DNA of 64,000 bases from an uncultured Candidatus Saccharibacteria bacterium (lineage in GTDB: Bacteria > Patescibacteriota > Minisyncoccia > Phycocordibacterales > UBA5272): NCBI GenBank assembly GCA_964544935.1, contig CAZJDZ010000004.1, positions 15,802 to 79,801 of the forward strand, written 5' to 3'. Positions 38,824 to 48,293 of the stretch are shown here, one piece after another. The notes beneath the pieces are model-generated. The model saw only the letters and a list, made by a program, of their open reading frames with translations, searched no databases and was not told the DNA's origin. Positions within the stretch are counted from its first letter, which is position 1; every line of letters begins with the position of its first letter. A program made the translations under genes and the position numbers.

Positions 38824-39630
38824 ATGAAGATACTCTCATATAATGTAAATGGTATTCGCGCATCCTATAAAAAAGGTGCATTACAAAATCTTTTTAAACT
38901 AGATGCAGATATTATTGGTATTCAAGAGACAAAATCTACTCCAGATCAGTTAGATGAAGCTATTCGTGTACCACTTGGATACTTTTCATATTTTGATAGC
39001 GCAAAAGAACGCAAAGGGTACTCAGGAGTTGCTGTGTATACAAAGATGCAACCCACAAAAGTCGAGTATGGTTTAGGAGATGAACTCTATGACACAGAAG
39101 GAAGATGTCTTACGCTTCATTTTGATACATTTGCATTTGTCACTGCATATTTTCCAAACGGTGGACGAGATGAAGAACATTTTCAATTTAAACTCAGATA
39201 CTATGATAAGTTTTTGGCACATGTTAAAAAATTAGAGAAAAAATATACCCATGTTATTTTTTGTGGAGACTTAAATGTTGCCCACAATGAGATAGATCTT
39301 GCTCGTCCAAAAGAAAATAGTAAGCAAATAGGATTCTTACCTATTGAACGTGCATGGGTAGACAGAGTAATTGAATCTGGGTTCATCGACACATTTCGTA
39401 GTAAACATGAGAGTGAAGTGAGATACAGTTGGTGGGACCAGAAGACACGATCACGTGAGCGAAATGTTGGTTGGAGAATTGATTATTTTTTTGTGAGCAA
39501 GGCATGTGCGAAGCTTCTTATGTCATCAAAAACAATCGCTACAATTCTAGATGATTTTATGGGTAGTGACCATGCACCCGTGCTTCTTTCTTTTGATGAT
39601 GTTGAATTTAAAAAGGAAACAGGAAAGTAA
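38824..39630 (+). CDS. xthA: exodeoxyribonuclease III (AP endonuclease)
   Basis: MKILSYNVNGIRA, ETK, WWDQ...GWRIDYFFVS, SDHAPV motifs; ORF track start 38806 is TTG. Confidence 0.85.
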   Translation: MKILSYNVNGIRASYKKGALQNLFKLDADIIGIQETKSTPDQLDEAIRVPLGYFSYFDSAKERKGYSGVAVYTKMQPTKVEYGLGDELYDTEGRCLTLHFDTFAFVTAYFPNGGRDEEHFQFKLRYYDKFLAHVKKLEKKYTHVIFCGDLNVAHNEIDLARPKENSKQIGFLPIERAWVDRVIESGFIDTFRSKHESEVRYSWWDQKTRSRERNVGWRIDYFFVSKACAKLLMSSKTIATILDDFMGSDHAPVLLSFDDVEFKKETGK

Positions 39631-39634
39631 ATGA

Positions 39635-39674
39635 AAAGAAATCCGCAGACGAAGTCTGCGGATTTCTTTTTTCA
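39635..39674. terminator. bidirectional intrinsic terminator (AAAGAAATCCGCAGAC-GAAG-TCTGCGGATTTCTTTTTT)
   Basis: 16-bp stem between convergent xthA and 39687-40238. Confidence 0.6.
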
Positions 39675-39686
39675 TTCTATCTTCAA

Positions 39687-40238
39687 CTATTTATCAAACA
39701 ATGATTTGATTACATTGATTACATTTTGAATGCTCCCTACTCCAGAGTCCTCTACAGTTGCTTCTGTTGAAGTTGCTTCAGCATTCTCGAGTGCGTCGTT
39801 TTGAGTCTCACGACATGCTTGTATAGTGTCTTCAAATGTTTCCCAAGCATCTTTTCGTGCCTCTGTTAAATCATTTTGAGCTTTTTTTACGAGATTTTTA
39901 TATGTGTCTACTGAGTTCTTGATTGCAACTTTTTTTGCATCTTTATCTATAATTGCGATTGCTAGCTTCTCTTTATTTTTTCTATCAGTGAGCGCATTTG
40001 CCATAGCAGTGTTGTACAGTGTTCGTGAAGAAGCAATCTGAGTGTCTCGATCCTCGATTGCTTGTTGTTGGCATTGTGTAAACAACTGTTCAGGTGTTGA
40101 TGTCGCGGTCGATGTTGCAGCTGTAGTTGTTGCAGTGATTTCCTGTATTGCAGGAGACGAAGAAGCTGCCTCTGCGTGTGCGGCAAGAGGAAGAGCAAAA
40201 AGAAGTGCTAGTTGTATATGGAGTAAATGGTTCTTCAT
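39687..40238 (-). CDS. hypothetical secreted helical protein
   Basis: signal peptide MKNHLLHIQLALLFALPLAAHA (start chosen at the internal ATG; ORF track extends to 40277). Confidence 0.4.
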   Translation of the reverse strand: MKNHLLHIQLALLFALPLAAHAEAASSSPAIQEITATTTAATSTATSTPEQLFTQCQQQAIEDRDTQIASSRTLYNTAMANALTDRKNKEKLAIAIIDKDAKKVAIKNSVDTYKNLVKKAQNDLTEARKDAWETFEDTIQACRETQNDALENAEATSTEATVEDSGVGSIQNVINVIKSLFDK

Positions 40239-40286
40239 GGTATAAGGGTTATTCATAAAAAGTATATCGTACAACAAAAATGATTA

Positions 40287-40634
40287 CTATAAAGAGTAGT
40301 CACGAATATTGTTTCGATAGTCTTCGTCGTTAATTTGCTGCTCAAAATCCTCTACTTGTTTATCGGTCTCGTAGTATGGATTTTTATGTATGTCATTTGT
40401 GTGGACAATATATGCAGGAAGCACTGCAAAAATAATTGCAGAAAGAGTTACAACTTGAGTGATAGCCAGCCATCTATACGGGGAACGTATCGCACGTCCC
40501 TCTTTAAGTTTTTGTTGCTCTGGTATTTGAGAAAGTATTGCTTGAAAATAGGTTTCTGACGGCGATACGTTCTCCTTATACATAGCTAAGGCATCCTCGA
40601 TATGTGATTGTTGTGTTATTTTAGTTGGGTTCAT
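40287..40634 (-). CDS. putative anti-sigma factor (single-TM protein downstream of ECF sigma)
   Basis: MNPTK start overlaps the sigma stop by about 14 nt; one TM WLAITQVVTLSAIIFAVLPAYIV; assignment by context only. Confidence 0.35.
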   Translation of the reverse strand: MNPTKITQQSHIEDALAMYKENVSPSETYFQAILSQIPEQQKLKEGRAIRSPYRWLAITQVVTLSAIIFAVLPAYIVHTNDIHKNPYYETDKQVEDFEQQINDEDYRNNIRDYSL

Positions 40635-41214
40635 GGAGATGAGACACGAGAATGCGGAGTTTTTTGAGGGCTCGCTCCTTAATCTTACGAATATATGCTT
40701 CTTCTTTTTCAATGACATCACTTATTTCTTTGTAGTTGAGTTCTGCAAAAAAATGAAGACGAATCACTTCTTGTTCATCGTCGGTGAGCGAAGGAAGAAA
40801 GGTTGTGATATGTTCAGCTAGGTGTTTGATGTGTACCTCTTCGATAATAGTTATAGTATCATCACTGTAGATTTCAAAGAGTGTTTCATCAAAAGACTCA
40901 AAGGTCTTCTTTTCTTTATGGTTAATGAGTAACCGTTTTGCTATCGTAAAGAGATATGCAAGCGGAGATTTCTCTGGTTCATAAGAACCAAGAGCTTCAT
41001 AAAACTTCAGAAACGTTTGTTGACAAATATCATTCGCAAGCTCAACGTCATGACTTTTGGAAATGACGTACCTATACAGAGGAACATAGAGTGTGCTATA
41101 CAAAGCCCCAAAGGCTTCAGTATCCCCTTTCTTTGCTTGTAGAATAAGCTTCTTGAGAGCACTATGATCCCCTGCATCTACTATAACAGGTGAGGAGTTA
41201 TTTTGTGACAGCAT
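40621..41214 (-). CDS. ECF-type RNA polymerase sigma-70 factor
   Basis: region 2 (FGALYSTLYVPLYRYV...) and region 4 HTH (LTDDEQEVIRLHFFAELNYKEISDVI); start ambiguous (41214 or 41265). Confidence 0.8.
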   Translation of the reverse strand: MLSQNNSSPVIVDAGDHSALKKLILQAKKGDTEAFGALYSTLYVPLYRYVISKSHDVELANDICQQTFLKFYEALGSYEPEKSPLAYLFTIAKRLLINHKEKKTFESFDETLFEIYSDDTITIIEEVHIKHLAEHITTFLPSLTDDEQEVIRLHFFAELNYKEISDVIEKEEAYIRKIKERALKKLRILVSHLHEPN

Positions 41215-42325
41215 CGATGCCTGGTAGTGTACCAGATACCAAGAAATCAAGCATCGCACCTCCACCTAATGAAACAAAAGTAAATTTATCAAGGAGATGT
41301 AGTGTATTTGCAACAGACACAGTATCTCCTCCGCCAATATATGAAGTTACTGAAGAGTTTGCGAGATTAACAAGAATCCTTTCACTTCCATGAAGCCACC
41401 CTTTTTCGTAGAGTCCAAGAGGACCGTTTGCAATCACTGTATTTGAAAGTCCTACCAGATTATTAACCATATCAGTTGTCTTTGTTCCACAGTCAACTAC
41501 TACACCATCTTTTGGAATATGTTCTACATCAACAGTTTCACCGTTTGCAAGAACAACATCGGTTGGAGTGATGAGAAGCGGATGATTCACAAAACTTTCA
41601 GGAAGATGATATTCAGGATCATAGAGACTTTCCCCAATTTCAATACCGCGTTCTTTCCAGATATTATGCACCATAGCACCGCCGACAAATACTTGAACAC
41701 CTTGATTTAAGTATTGCTTAATAAGATCAAGTTTTGTTGAAATCTTAGCACCTCCAATAATCATGAGTGCTGGTTGCACAGGAGTGAGAGCCTTTGTGAG
41801 ATTTTCGAGCTCATGTTCAAATGTCGGACCAAAATATGAGAGTCTATGTTCTGGGATCCCCACGACACTTGCATGCTTGCGATGAGCAACCGAAAAGGCA
41901 TTGTTGATAAACACATCTCCTAGTTCTGCAAATGATTGTGCAAGTGTCGGACTATTATCTGTTTCACCTTCAAAAAGTCGAACGTTTTCAAGAAGTATTG
42001 CATCTCCTAGTGCAAGCGAAGACACTGAAGCTTGAATGGCTGCAAAATCAAATGTTGGTGTAAAGGTGATAAAAGGAAGTTTTTTTGTTGCATGATTAGC
42101 AATCGGAGTTAAGCTCTCCCCTTTTTCTCCATAATGTGTGAGGAGAATTATTTTTGCTCCAGCGTGTGAAAGATTATTAAGAAATTCTACAGTCACATCA
42201 AATCTACTCGTGTCAGTAACAACACCATCAGTAACCGGCATGTTCCAATCAAGACGCACAATAACTCGCTTATCTCTAAGTGTTCGTAAATCAGGAGCAC
42301 AGTGTTGTTGCCAGTTTGTATTCAT
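41198..42325 (-). CDS. pgk: phosphoglycerate kinase
   Basis: RVIVRLDWNMP, IIGGAKISTKL, GGGDT...GGGAMLDFL motifs; 375 aa. Confidence 0.9.
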   Translation of the reverse strand: MNTNWQQHCAPDLRTLRDKRVIVRLDWNMPVTDGVVTDTSRFDVTVEFLNNLSHAGAKIILLTHYGEKGESLTPIANHATKKLPFITFTPTFDFAAIQASVSSLALGDAILLENVRLFEGETDNSPTLAQSFAELGDVFINNAFSVAHRKHASVVGIPEHRLSYFGPTFEHELENLTKALTPVQPALMIIGGAKISTKLDLIKQYLNQGVQVFVGGAMVHNIWKERGIEIGESLYDPEYHLPESFVNHPLLITPTDVVLANGETVDVEHIPKDGVVVDCGTKTTDMVNNLVGLSNTVIANGPLGLYEKGWLHGSERILVNLANSSVTSYIGGGDTVSVANTLHLLDKFTFVSLGGGAMLDFLVSGTLPGIDAVTK

Positions 42326-42340
42326 ATGAAGTAGCTTATG

Positions 42341-43117
42341 TTATTTTTGTGTATACACTGCATTGAGTATATCAACAAACGTAGAGACTTCTTGTGAACT
42401 TCTTCCAATCAAGAGTCCATCTACTCCCCCTTCCTCCAAAAATGCTTTTGCATTATCTTTAGAAACTGTACCACCGTAAAGAATCTGCACTTTTTTTGCG
42501 TAATCAATTCCGCCAAGTGATGCAAGTGCACGTCTAATTGCAATCACTGCTTCGAAGCATTCACTTGCAGTTGCGGGCACTGCTCCTCCAATTGCCCACA
42601 CTGGTTCGTATGCAACAATAAGATTCGAGAAAAGTTCTCGTTTTACTAAAGAGAGAGTATTTTTTACATCGTTTTCAAGCTCTTCGAGGTATTTACCTTC
42701 TTTGTCACGCTTGTGCTCGCCAAAACAAAGTATTGTAGTAAGTTTTATGTGGAGTGCGTTTGCTACTTTTTGAGCACGAGCTTCCACAGTTTCACCAAGT
42801 TTTCTTACTTCGCTATGACCAATAATAGTAAAGTCTGCCCCTCCTGATTGCAATTGTGAAGGGATTTCCATTCCTGTGTGCTGGCCAAGTTCAAGTCCAG
42901 ATACGTTTTCTGCCCCGATATACCCTCTCTTTGCATGAGGAATTAAGTGAGGGATAAAAATATCAGGTGCTGCGATGAAGTATGCTTTTTTAGGAATTTT
43001 ATTTTTTGAAGTAGCAATTTTTTTTTCGAGTTGCTTAATAAATTTGATCCCTTCTTCTTTTGTTCTTGGTGTTGATTTCCAGTTACCAACAATAATTGGT
43101 GAGGTGCGTTTTATCAT
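42341..43117 (-). CDS. tpiA: triosephosphate isomerase
   Basis: IVGNWKS, IIGHSEVR, AYEPVWAIG, GGTV motifs. Confidence 0.9.
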   Translation of the reverse strand: MIKRTSPIIVGNWKSTPRTKEEGIKFIKQLEKKIATSKNKIPKKAYFIAAPDIFIPHLIPHAKRGYIGAENVSGLELGQHTGMEIPSQLQSGGADFTIIGHSEVRKLGETVEARAQKVANALHIKLTTILCFGEHKRDKEGKYLEELENDVKNTLSLVKRELFSNLIVAYEPVWAIGGAVPATASECFEAVIAIRRALASLGGIDYAKKVQILYGGTVSKDNAKAFLEEGGVDGLLIGRSSQEVSTFVDILNAVYTQK

Positions 43118-43200
43118 AAAAAAGAGTATAGCATGTTCATTTTTTCTTTCCCTGTTTTCCGCGTATAGTTAGAGACATCAATGATATACTTGAGATTAAT

Positions 43201-44823
43201 ATGTCAGAAACAATTTCGAAAACTCCTCAATCTTTTTATAAATCAATTATTCATTTTTTTGCACGTCATAAAACATACACAGCTATCCTTTTTGTGGTAG
43301 CGGTCGTCATTATTTTCTTTGCACTTTTTTCTACACCAAAATCACAAAAAGAAAGTTATACAGTGGCTTTTGGTCCGCTTAAACAGTACGTGAAGATTTC
43401 TGGTCAAGTAGAATCATCAAAAGATGCAAACCTCTCTTTTCAAACCGTTGGAGCAGTTGCTTTTGTTGGTGTAAAAACAGGTGATACAGTCGAGCAAGGG
43501 AAAGTTCTCGCCACCCTATCGGCAGGAGATGCACAAGCTACATTGCTACAAGCACAAGCAAATCTTTCTAATGCACAAGCTGTTCTTGCACAATTACAGC
43601 AAGGTGCTCGCCCCGAAGAAATAGCAATTAAACAGCAAGCAGTAGATAACGCAAAAAGTTCCCTCGATCAAGCATATAACACACTTCCTGATGCGATTCA
43701 AAATGTTGACGCTACAACAGCAGATATTGTTAAAAATAAGTTCTCATCACTTTTTTTCTTAAGTAATGGAGCGTATCATCTTTCGTTTAGTTCATGTGAT
43801 CAGCGTCTTCAGGGAGAAATAGAAATTAAGCGTACGAATCTCGAAAGCACGCTTGCTGATTTTCAAACTAAAAGTTCTGTCATTACTTCTCTTTCTTCAA
43901 CACAAGCAATAGATGTTGCTTTTGACGAAGCGTACAAGGCAGCAATTGCAACCAACGATCTTGTGAACGCACTCTCCAATCTCCTCCTTGCTCCATGTAG
44001 CGCAGGCAATATAAGTCTTGATGGATACAGAGCAACACTCTCTACAGTAAAAGTAAGCATGACAGCACTCTTCTCTGATATTACTGTGAAAAGAAGCGCT
44101 CTTATTACCGCAAAGAATACCTTCAATCAAGCTTCTCGTGACCTTGATCTTACACAAGCAGGAACTGATCCGTATAGAGTTAAAGCACAAGCTGCATCAG
44201 TTTCTCAAGCAGAAGCGCAAGTTGCTTCTGCTCGCTCCGGACTTTCAAAAACAATTATTACAGCCCCTTTCAAAGGCGTGATCAGTAATATTGATCTCTC
44301 ACTTGGAGAGACAGTGACACTTGGAAAGACTGTTGTGAGCATGCTTGCAACGGATGGTTTTGAAATTGAAGCAAAAGTTCCAGAAGCTGATATTGTAAAA
44401 GTAAAAATTGGAGCAGATGTTGATGTAACGCTCGATGCATACGGCAAGGATAGTATTTTCCCTGCAAAAATTACGCGCATTAATCCGACTGCAACTACAG
44501 AAGGAACTGTTCCTGTTTACAAAGTAATTGTTACGTTTCTTGGGAAAGATGAACGTATTAGACAAGGGATGACTGCAAACGTGCAGATTATCACTGAATC
44601 AAAATCAAAAGTAATCGCAATCCCTGCTCGCTTTGTAAAAGTAAATACTGTTGATGAAGGAACAGTAACTGTGTTTGCGCAAGGAAAAGAAGAAAACAAA
44701 TCTGTTCGTTTAGGTATCAGAGGAGTTGATGGATTGATTGAAATTACAAGCGGACTTTTTGAGGGTGATGTAGTTCTCTCACCCTCTACTACAGATCGTC
44801 AGGCACAAAAACAAACTAATTAA
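43201..44823 (+). CDS. HlyD-family periplasmic adaptor/membrane fusion protein (MacA-like)
   Basis: N-terminal TM, long coiled coil, TITAPFKGVISNIDLSLGETV beta-barrel/lipoyl domains. Confidence 0.75.
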   Translation: MSETISKTPQSFYKSIIHFFARHKTYTAILFVVAVVIIFFALFSTPKSQKESYTVAFGPLKQYVKISGQVESSKDANLSFQTVGAVAFVGVKTGDTVEQGKVLATLSAGDAQATLLQAQANLSNAQAVLAQLQQGARPEEIAIKQQAVDNAKSSLDQAYNTLPDAIQNVDATTADIVKNKFSSLFFLSNGAYHLSFSSCDQRLQGEIEIKRTNLESTLADFQTKSSVITSLSSTQAIDVAFDEAYKAAIATNDLVNALSNLLLAPCSAGNISLDGYRATLSTVKVSMTALFSDITVKRSALITAKNTFNQASRDLDLTQAGTDPYRVKAQAASVSQAEAQVASARSGLSKTIITAPFKGVISNIDLSLGETVTLGKTVVSMLATDGFEIEAKVPEADIVKVKIGADVDVTLDAYGKDSIFPAKITRINPTATTEGTVPVYKVIVTFLGKDERIRQGMTANVQIITESKSKVIAIPARFVKVNTVDEGTVTVFAQGKEENKSVRLGIRGVDGLIEITSGLFEGDVVLSPSTTDRQAQKQTN

Positions 44824-44828
44824 TTTTT

Positions 44829-46151
44829 ATGAAGTCTTTTTTTAACACGATTTCGTTAGGATTCTTTCTCGCGATTCGTCAGGTAACACGGTCAAGTAAG
44901 TGGGCAACATCCCTCATCGTGTTTATCATGATGCTTACATTTCTTAACCTTGTAGCAACGAGTGGTTTTCTTGTGGGTATTGTCGAAGGAGCATCTCGTG
45001 CTTTTAAAGAACAATGGACAGGAGATCTCATGATTGTGAATCGCAATGAGAAAACATATATCGAACATACAAATGATATTGTCGAAGTGCTCTCATCATT
45101 TCCGCAGATTGATAGTTATACAACACGTATTGTTGCTGGTGCAAAAGTAGAAGCAAACTGGTGGGAGAAGCGCACAGAAGAAGATGCAAATATTGTATCT
45201 AACCAAATTGCTGGAATCGATCCAGCGCAAGAAGATAGAACAACACATCTCTCAGAAGCAGTTGTCGAAGGAGAGTGGTTGCAAGAAGGAGATACAAATG
45301 GCATCGTTCTGGGGTCTGGATATCTTGATAAATATTCTCGTGTACGTGACCTAGTATCACTACTACGTGATGTCGAACCTGGAACAACTGTGAGAGTTAC
45401 TGTTTCTGGCGCTAAAGTAACTGTTAATCCAGGAAATGAAGGTCAGGAACTTGCTAGTACTATTGATCAAAATACTGCCGTTACTAAAGATTTTATTGTA
45501 CGAGGTATTGTTGATTCAAAAGTAGCGTTTGTTTCTTCTCGAGCATATATTCTTGATAGTGAACTTAAAAAAATGCTTGGCAAAACTGAAGGAGATGTAT
45601 CAGAGATTGCCATTGTTATGAAAGAAGGTGTCGATCCATATGAAGTCAAAACCCCACTTCTTAATAATGGTTTTGGCGAGTATGCAAAAATCAATACAGC
45701 AGAAGAAGGCTCCCCTGACTTTCTTGTAAGCATCAAACTTTTCTTTAATGTGATTGGGACAATTCTTGGTTCTGTTTCTGTGGTTGTAGCACTCATCACT
45801 ATTTTTATTATCATTTATATCAACGCACTTACTCGTCGCCGACAGATTGGTATCATGAAAGCGGTTGGAGTAACTGAGTTTGCTATTGAATTTAGTTATA
45901 TCTGTCAGGCGCTTTTCTATGTATTTGTTGGTTCAGGAATTGCACTGGTGATTATTTTTGCATTTCTTAAACCGCTTATTGATGCTCATCCGATAGATAC
46001 ACCATTTGCGCTTATTGTACTTGTTGCAGAACCGGCATCTGTTGCGCTTAAATTTTTACTCGTGATGGTTGTGTCAGTATTTGCTGGGTACTTGCCTGCA
46101 CGATTTATTGTAAGCACTAACACACTTAACGCTATCCTAGGAAGAAATTAA
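44829..46151 (+). CDS. ABC transporter permease, FtsX/MacB-like
   Basis: N-terminal TM, large extracytoplasmic loop, C-terminal FtsX-like 3-TM bundle. Confidence 0.75.
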   Translation: MKSFFNTISLGFFLAIRQVTRSSKWATSLIVFIMMLTFLNLVATSGFLVGIVEGASRAFKEQWTGDLMIVNRNEKTYIEHTNDIVEVLSSFPQIDSYTTRIVAGAKVEANWWEKRTEEDANIVSNQIAGIDPAQEDRTTHLSEAVVEGEWLQEGDTNGIVLGSGYLDKYSRVRDLVSLLRDVEPGTTVRVTVSGAKVTVNPGNEGQELASTIDQNTAVTKDFIVRGIVDSKVAFVSSRAYILDSELKKMLGKTEGDVSEIAIVMKEGVDPYEVKTPLLNNGFGEYAKINTAEEGSPDFLVSIKLFFNVIGTILGSVSVVVALITIFIIIYINALTRRRQIGIMKAVGVTEFAIEFSYICQALFYVFVGSGIALVIIFAFLKPLIDAHPIDTPFALIVLVAEPASVALKFLLVMVVSVFAGYLPARFIVSTNTLNAILGRN

Positions 46152-46161
46152 TTGTACATCT

Positions 46162-46860
46162 ATGACAACACACACCAGAGAAGCAAAAGAAATGATTATT
46201 GATATACGAGATATCACCAAGAGTTTTACCGATGGAGATACAGTGACACAAGTGCTTAAAGGTATTAACCTTACCGTAGAAAAAGGTGAGTTCGTGGCAA
46301 TCATGGGACGCTCAGGAGCTGGCAAGTCCACCCTCCTCTATCAGATGTCCCTTCTTGATACTCCAACAACTGGTTCTATACGATTAGATGGTAGAGTCGT
46401 TGATGATTTTGGAAATGCAGAAAAAACAAAGTTTCGTCTTCGCGAGCTTGGGTATGTATTTCAGGACTACTCTCTTCTTCCAGAACTTACTGCACTAGAG
46501 AACATTATGGTCCCTCTTCTTATGCAAGGTGTTAGTATGAAGGCCGCAAAATCTCGCGCAGAGGAAGCTCTGACAAGTGTGAACTTGGTACATCGTAAAG
46601 ACAACCTCCCACCAGAATTATCCGGTGGTGAGCAGCAGCGTGTGTCAATTGCGCGCGCTATCACTCATAAGCCAAAGATTGTTTTTGCTGATGAACCAAC
46701 TGCTAACTTAGATACGTTTTCATCAAAGCTCGTTATGGATATTTTCAGAAAGTTAAATAAAGAAGATGGGCTTACTATTGTGATGGTGACGCACGAAGAA
46801 GATTATGGAAAGTTAGCTGATAGAATTATTAGATTGTCGGACGGTGTTGTGGTGAAGTAG
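46162..46860 (+). CDS. ABC transporter ATP-binding protein (MacB/LolD-like)
   Basis: Walker A GRSGAGKST, signature LSGGEQQRVSIARA, Walker B IVFADEPT. Confidence 0.85.
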   Translation: MTTHTREAKEMIIDIRDITKSFTDGDTVTQVLKGINLTVEKGEFVAIMGRSGAGKSTLLYQMSLLDTPTTGSIRLDGRVVDDFGNAEKTKFRLRELGYVFQDYSLLPELTALENIMVPLLMQGVSMKAAKSRAEEALTSVNLVHRKDNLPPELSGGEQQRVSIARAITHKPKIVFADEPTANLDTFSSKLVMDIFRKLNKEDGLTIVMVTHEEDYGKLADRIIRLSDGVVVK

Positions 46861-46865
46861 TTAAG

Positions 46866-46916
46866 CCGCGGAAAGTTGCGGAAAGTTGCGGAATGAACGC
46901 GGACTAATGCGGAAGT
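46866..46916. repeat. five helically phased GCGGAA direct repeats (spacing 10,10,11,10)
   Basis: GCGGAAAGTT GCGGAAAGTT GCGGAATGAAC GCGGACTAAT GCGGAAGTAT immediately after the ABC ATPase stop. Confidence 0.6.
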
Positions 46917-47127
46917 ATCATTCGGAGGAAGTGGCTCCGTTACGATCCCTGCTCGTGGAGCACTAAAAAATATTTATAAATTGTATAGATATTTTTGGTA
47001 TAAGTTAGGTAGGAACCTAACTCACAAAATATTTTTTGATTTAAACATAAAAGTGTTGTAGTGTATCTGCAACGGGTTACGCCTACCCATTCAATTAGGC
47101 GAATTCTATAATTTCTGGAGATGAATT

Positions 47128-47376
47128 GTGGCAGATGACACAAAATACACCATGCTTTTGGACGAAGGTGCAAAACTTGAAGTTGATCGGCTTCAAAGAG
47201 TCTACAGTTTAGAGACCTTAGAGACCAAGGCGGACGTCTATGATCTTGGTCTACGAGTCCTTCTTTGGATGACACAACAACAAGTTCAAGGTCGTGAATT
47301 TGGGTGTTACAGTGAAGAAGAGTTTCGACCACTTATCCTTCCTGTAACTTTGGACAAAAACAAATGGGTAAACTAA
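47128..47376 (+). CDS. small helical protein (possible ribbon-helix-helix-like regulator), GTG start
   Basis: GGAGA RBS 7 nt before GTG; 82 aa; own terminator; higher GC than surroundings. Confidence 0.4.
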   Translation: MADDTKYTMLLDEGAKLEVDRLQRVYSLETLETKADVYDLGLRVLLWMTQQQVQGREFGCYSEEEFRPLILPVTLDKNKWVN

Positions 47377-47389
47377 ATTATCTACACCA

Positions 47390-47423
47390 CCGAAAGCCAC
47401 CGCGCGTCGGTGGCTTTCTTTTT
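47390..47423 (+). terminator. intrinsic terminator (GAAAGCCACCG-CGCG-TCGGTGGCTTTCTTTTT)
   Basis: after 47128-47376. Confidence 0.55.
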
Positions 47424-47456
47424 ATATAGTTACTCTCAATCTTGTTTCACATAATA

Positions 47457-47520
47457 GTTCTAAATCTGTGTACTTTGTGGAGCACTTGAAAAACACACAA
47501 GATCATTGTATTATGTGTGT
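47457..47520 (+). promoter_or_regulatory. promoter module R1: operator-like GTTCTAAATCTGTGTAC, then TTGAAA-17-TATTAT
   Basis: motif shared with R2 and R3; drives 47543-47818. Confidence 0.45.
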
Positions 47521-47542
47521 CTTGTTCGTTTAGGAGAAAATT

Positions 47543-47818
47543 GTGAAACTTGCTGAAATCAAAATCGAAGGCGACGGTATAGTCATGGACCATAATTTCC
47601 CTTGTCCTTGCTGTGGAAAGCGTGCAGCAATTCTCGAAGGAGGACAGTTCAACCCCTGCTACTCATGTCAAGCAGAGGGACTCAACATTGTGAACCTTGT
47701 GAAGTCCCGGCCTTGGTGGATTCCGTTGAAGTTGTGGGAGCAATACTTCGGTGTAAACACATCATCGGCAAAAAGAAACAAGTCGTTCTTCTACAAAGAA
47801 ATGTCTTCAGTAATCTAA
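47543..47818 (+). CDS. small Cys-rich (zinc-ribbon-like) protein, GTG start
   Basis: AGGAGA RBS; CPCCGKR...CYSC four-Cys cluster; basic C-terminal tail; 91 aa; own promoter and terminator. Confidence 0.4.
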   Translation: MKLAEIKIEGDGIVMDHNFPCPCCGKRAAILEGGQFNPCYSCQAEGLNIVNLVKSRPWWIPLKLWEQYFGVNTSSAKRNKSFFYKEMSSVI

Positions 47819-47830
47819 CCGTCTTTCAAC

Positions 47831-47860
47831 GAAACCGTTGGAGGGCGGTTTCTTGTTTTA
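47831..47860 (+). terminator. intrinsic terminator (GAAACCG-TTGGAGGG-CGGTTTC-TTGTTTT)
   Basis: after 47543-47818. Confidence 0.5.
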
Positions 47861-47882
47861 TGTGCCCATCACATGCTCAAAT

Positions 47883-47954
47883 TTCCTCCAATCAAACGTT
47901 CTGAATCTGTGTACCATTTGGAGAACTTGACAAATTATAACAATATGATATACT
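47883..47954 (+). promoter_or_regulatory. promoter module R2: TTCCTCCAATCAAACGTTCTGAATCTGTGTAC, then TTGACA-16-TATACT
   Basis: near-consensus sigma70 promoter preceded by a motif conserved with R1 and R3. Confidence 0.5.
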
Positions 47955-47960
47955 TAATTT

Positions 47961-48185
47961 GTTAGGTTCCACTCCTTGATAGCCTGATGAGTGGTGAGGT
48001 TATCTGCTTGGTCAGCAGATTTCCAAGAAGGCTAGCGGGCCTCGAGGTTGTCGTACTCGAGAGTAACCGATAATGAAAACGACGGACCAATAAATTAAAC
48101 AGCACCAAGTGGTGCGGTCGGAGAAAGGAAAAACACCGACGCAGCGTACGCTGACGAACCCCGAGAGCGATCTCGGGGTTTTTAT
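47961..48185 (+). ncRNA. candidate structured small RNA (about 225 nt, unclassified)
   Basis: transcribed from the R2 promoter, ends in terminator ACCCCGAGA-GCGA-TCTCGGGGTTTTTT; about 50% GC against 36% genome; several local stem-loops; no ORF over 28 codons and no RBS. Confidence 0.35.
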
Positions 48186-48210
48186 ATTTTGGCTACCATA
48201 TTCTCATACT

Positions 48211-48293
48211 TCCTCCAATCAAATGTTCTGAATTTGTTTACAGTTTTGAGCTCTAAGCCTACATCTTGCGCTTTTTTGCACGTATGGTATACT
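48211..48293 (+). promoter_or_regulatory. promoter module R3: TTCCTCCAATCAAATGTTCTGAATTTGTTTAC, then TTGCGC-16-TATACT, heading a roughly 300-nt leader before nusA
   Basis: shares a 32-nt motif with R2 (4 mismatches). Confidence 0.45.

Noticed and set aside
40287-40721. Extended N-terminus (MMSLKKKK...) of the putative anti-sigma ORF
   Set aside because: The upstream extension overlaps the sigma-factor coding region in another frame. The MNPTK start right after the sigma stop is more plausible.
47985-48000. CUGAUGAG hammerhead-like core in the candidate sRNA
   Set aside because: No matching stem II or GAAA and stem III arrangement downstream.
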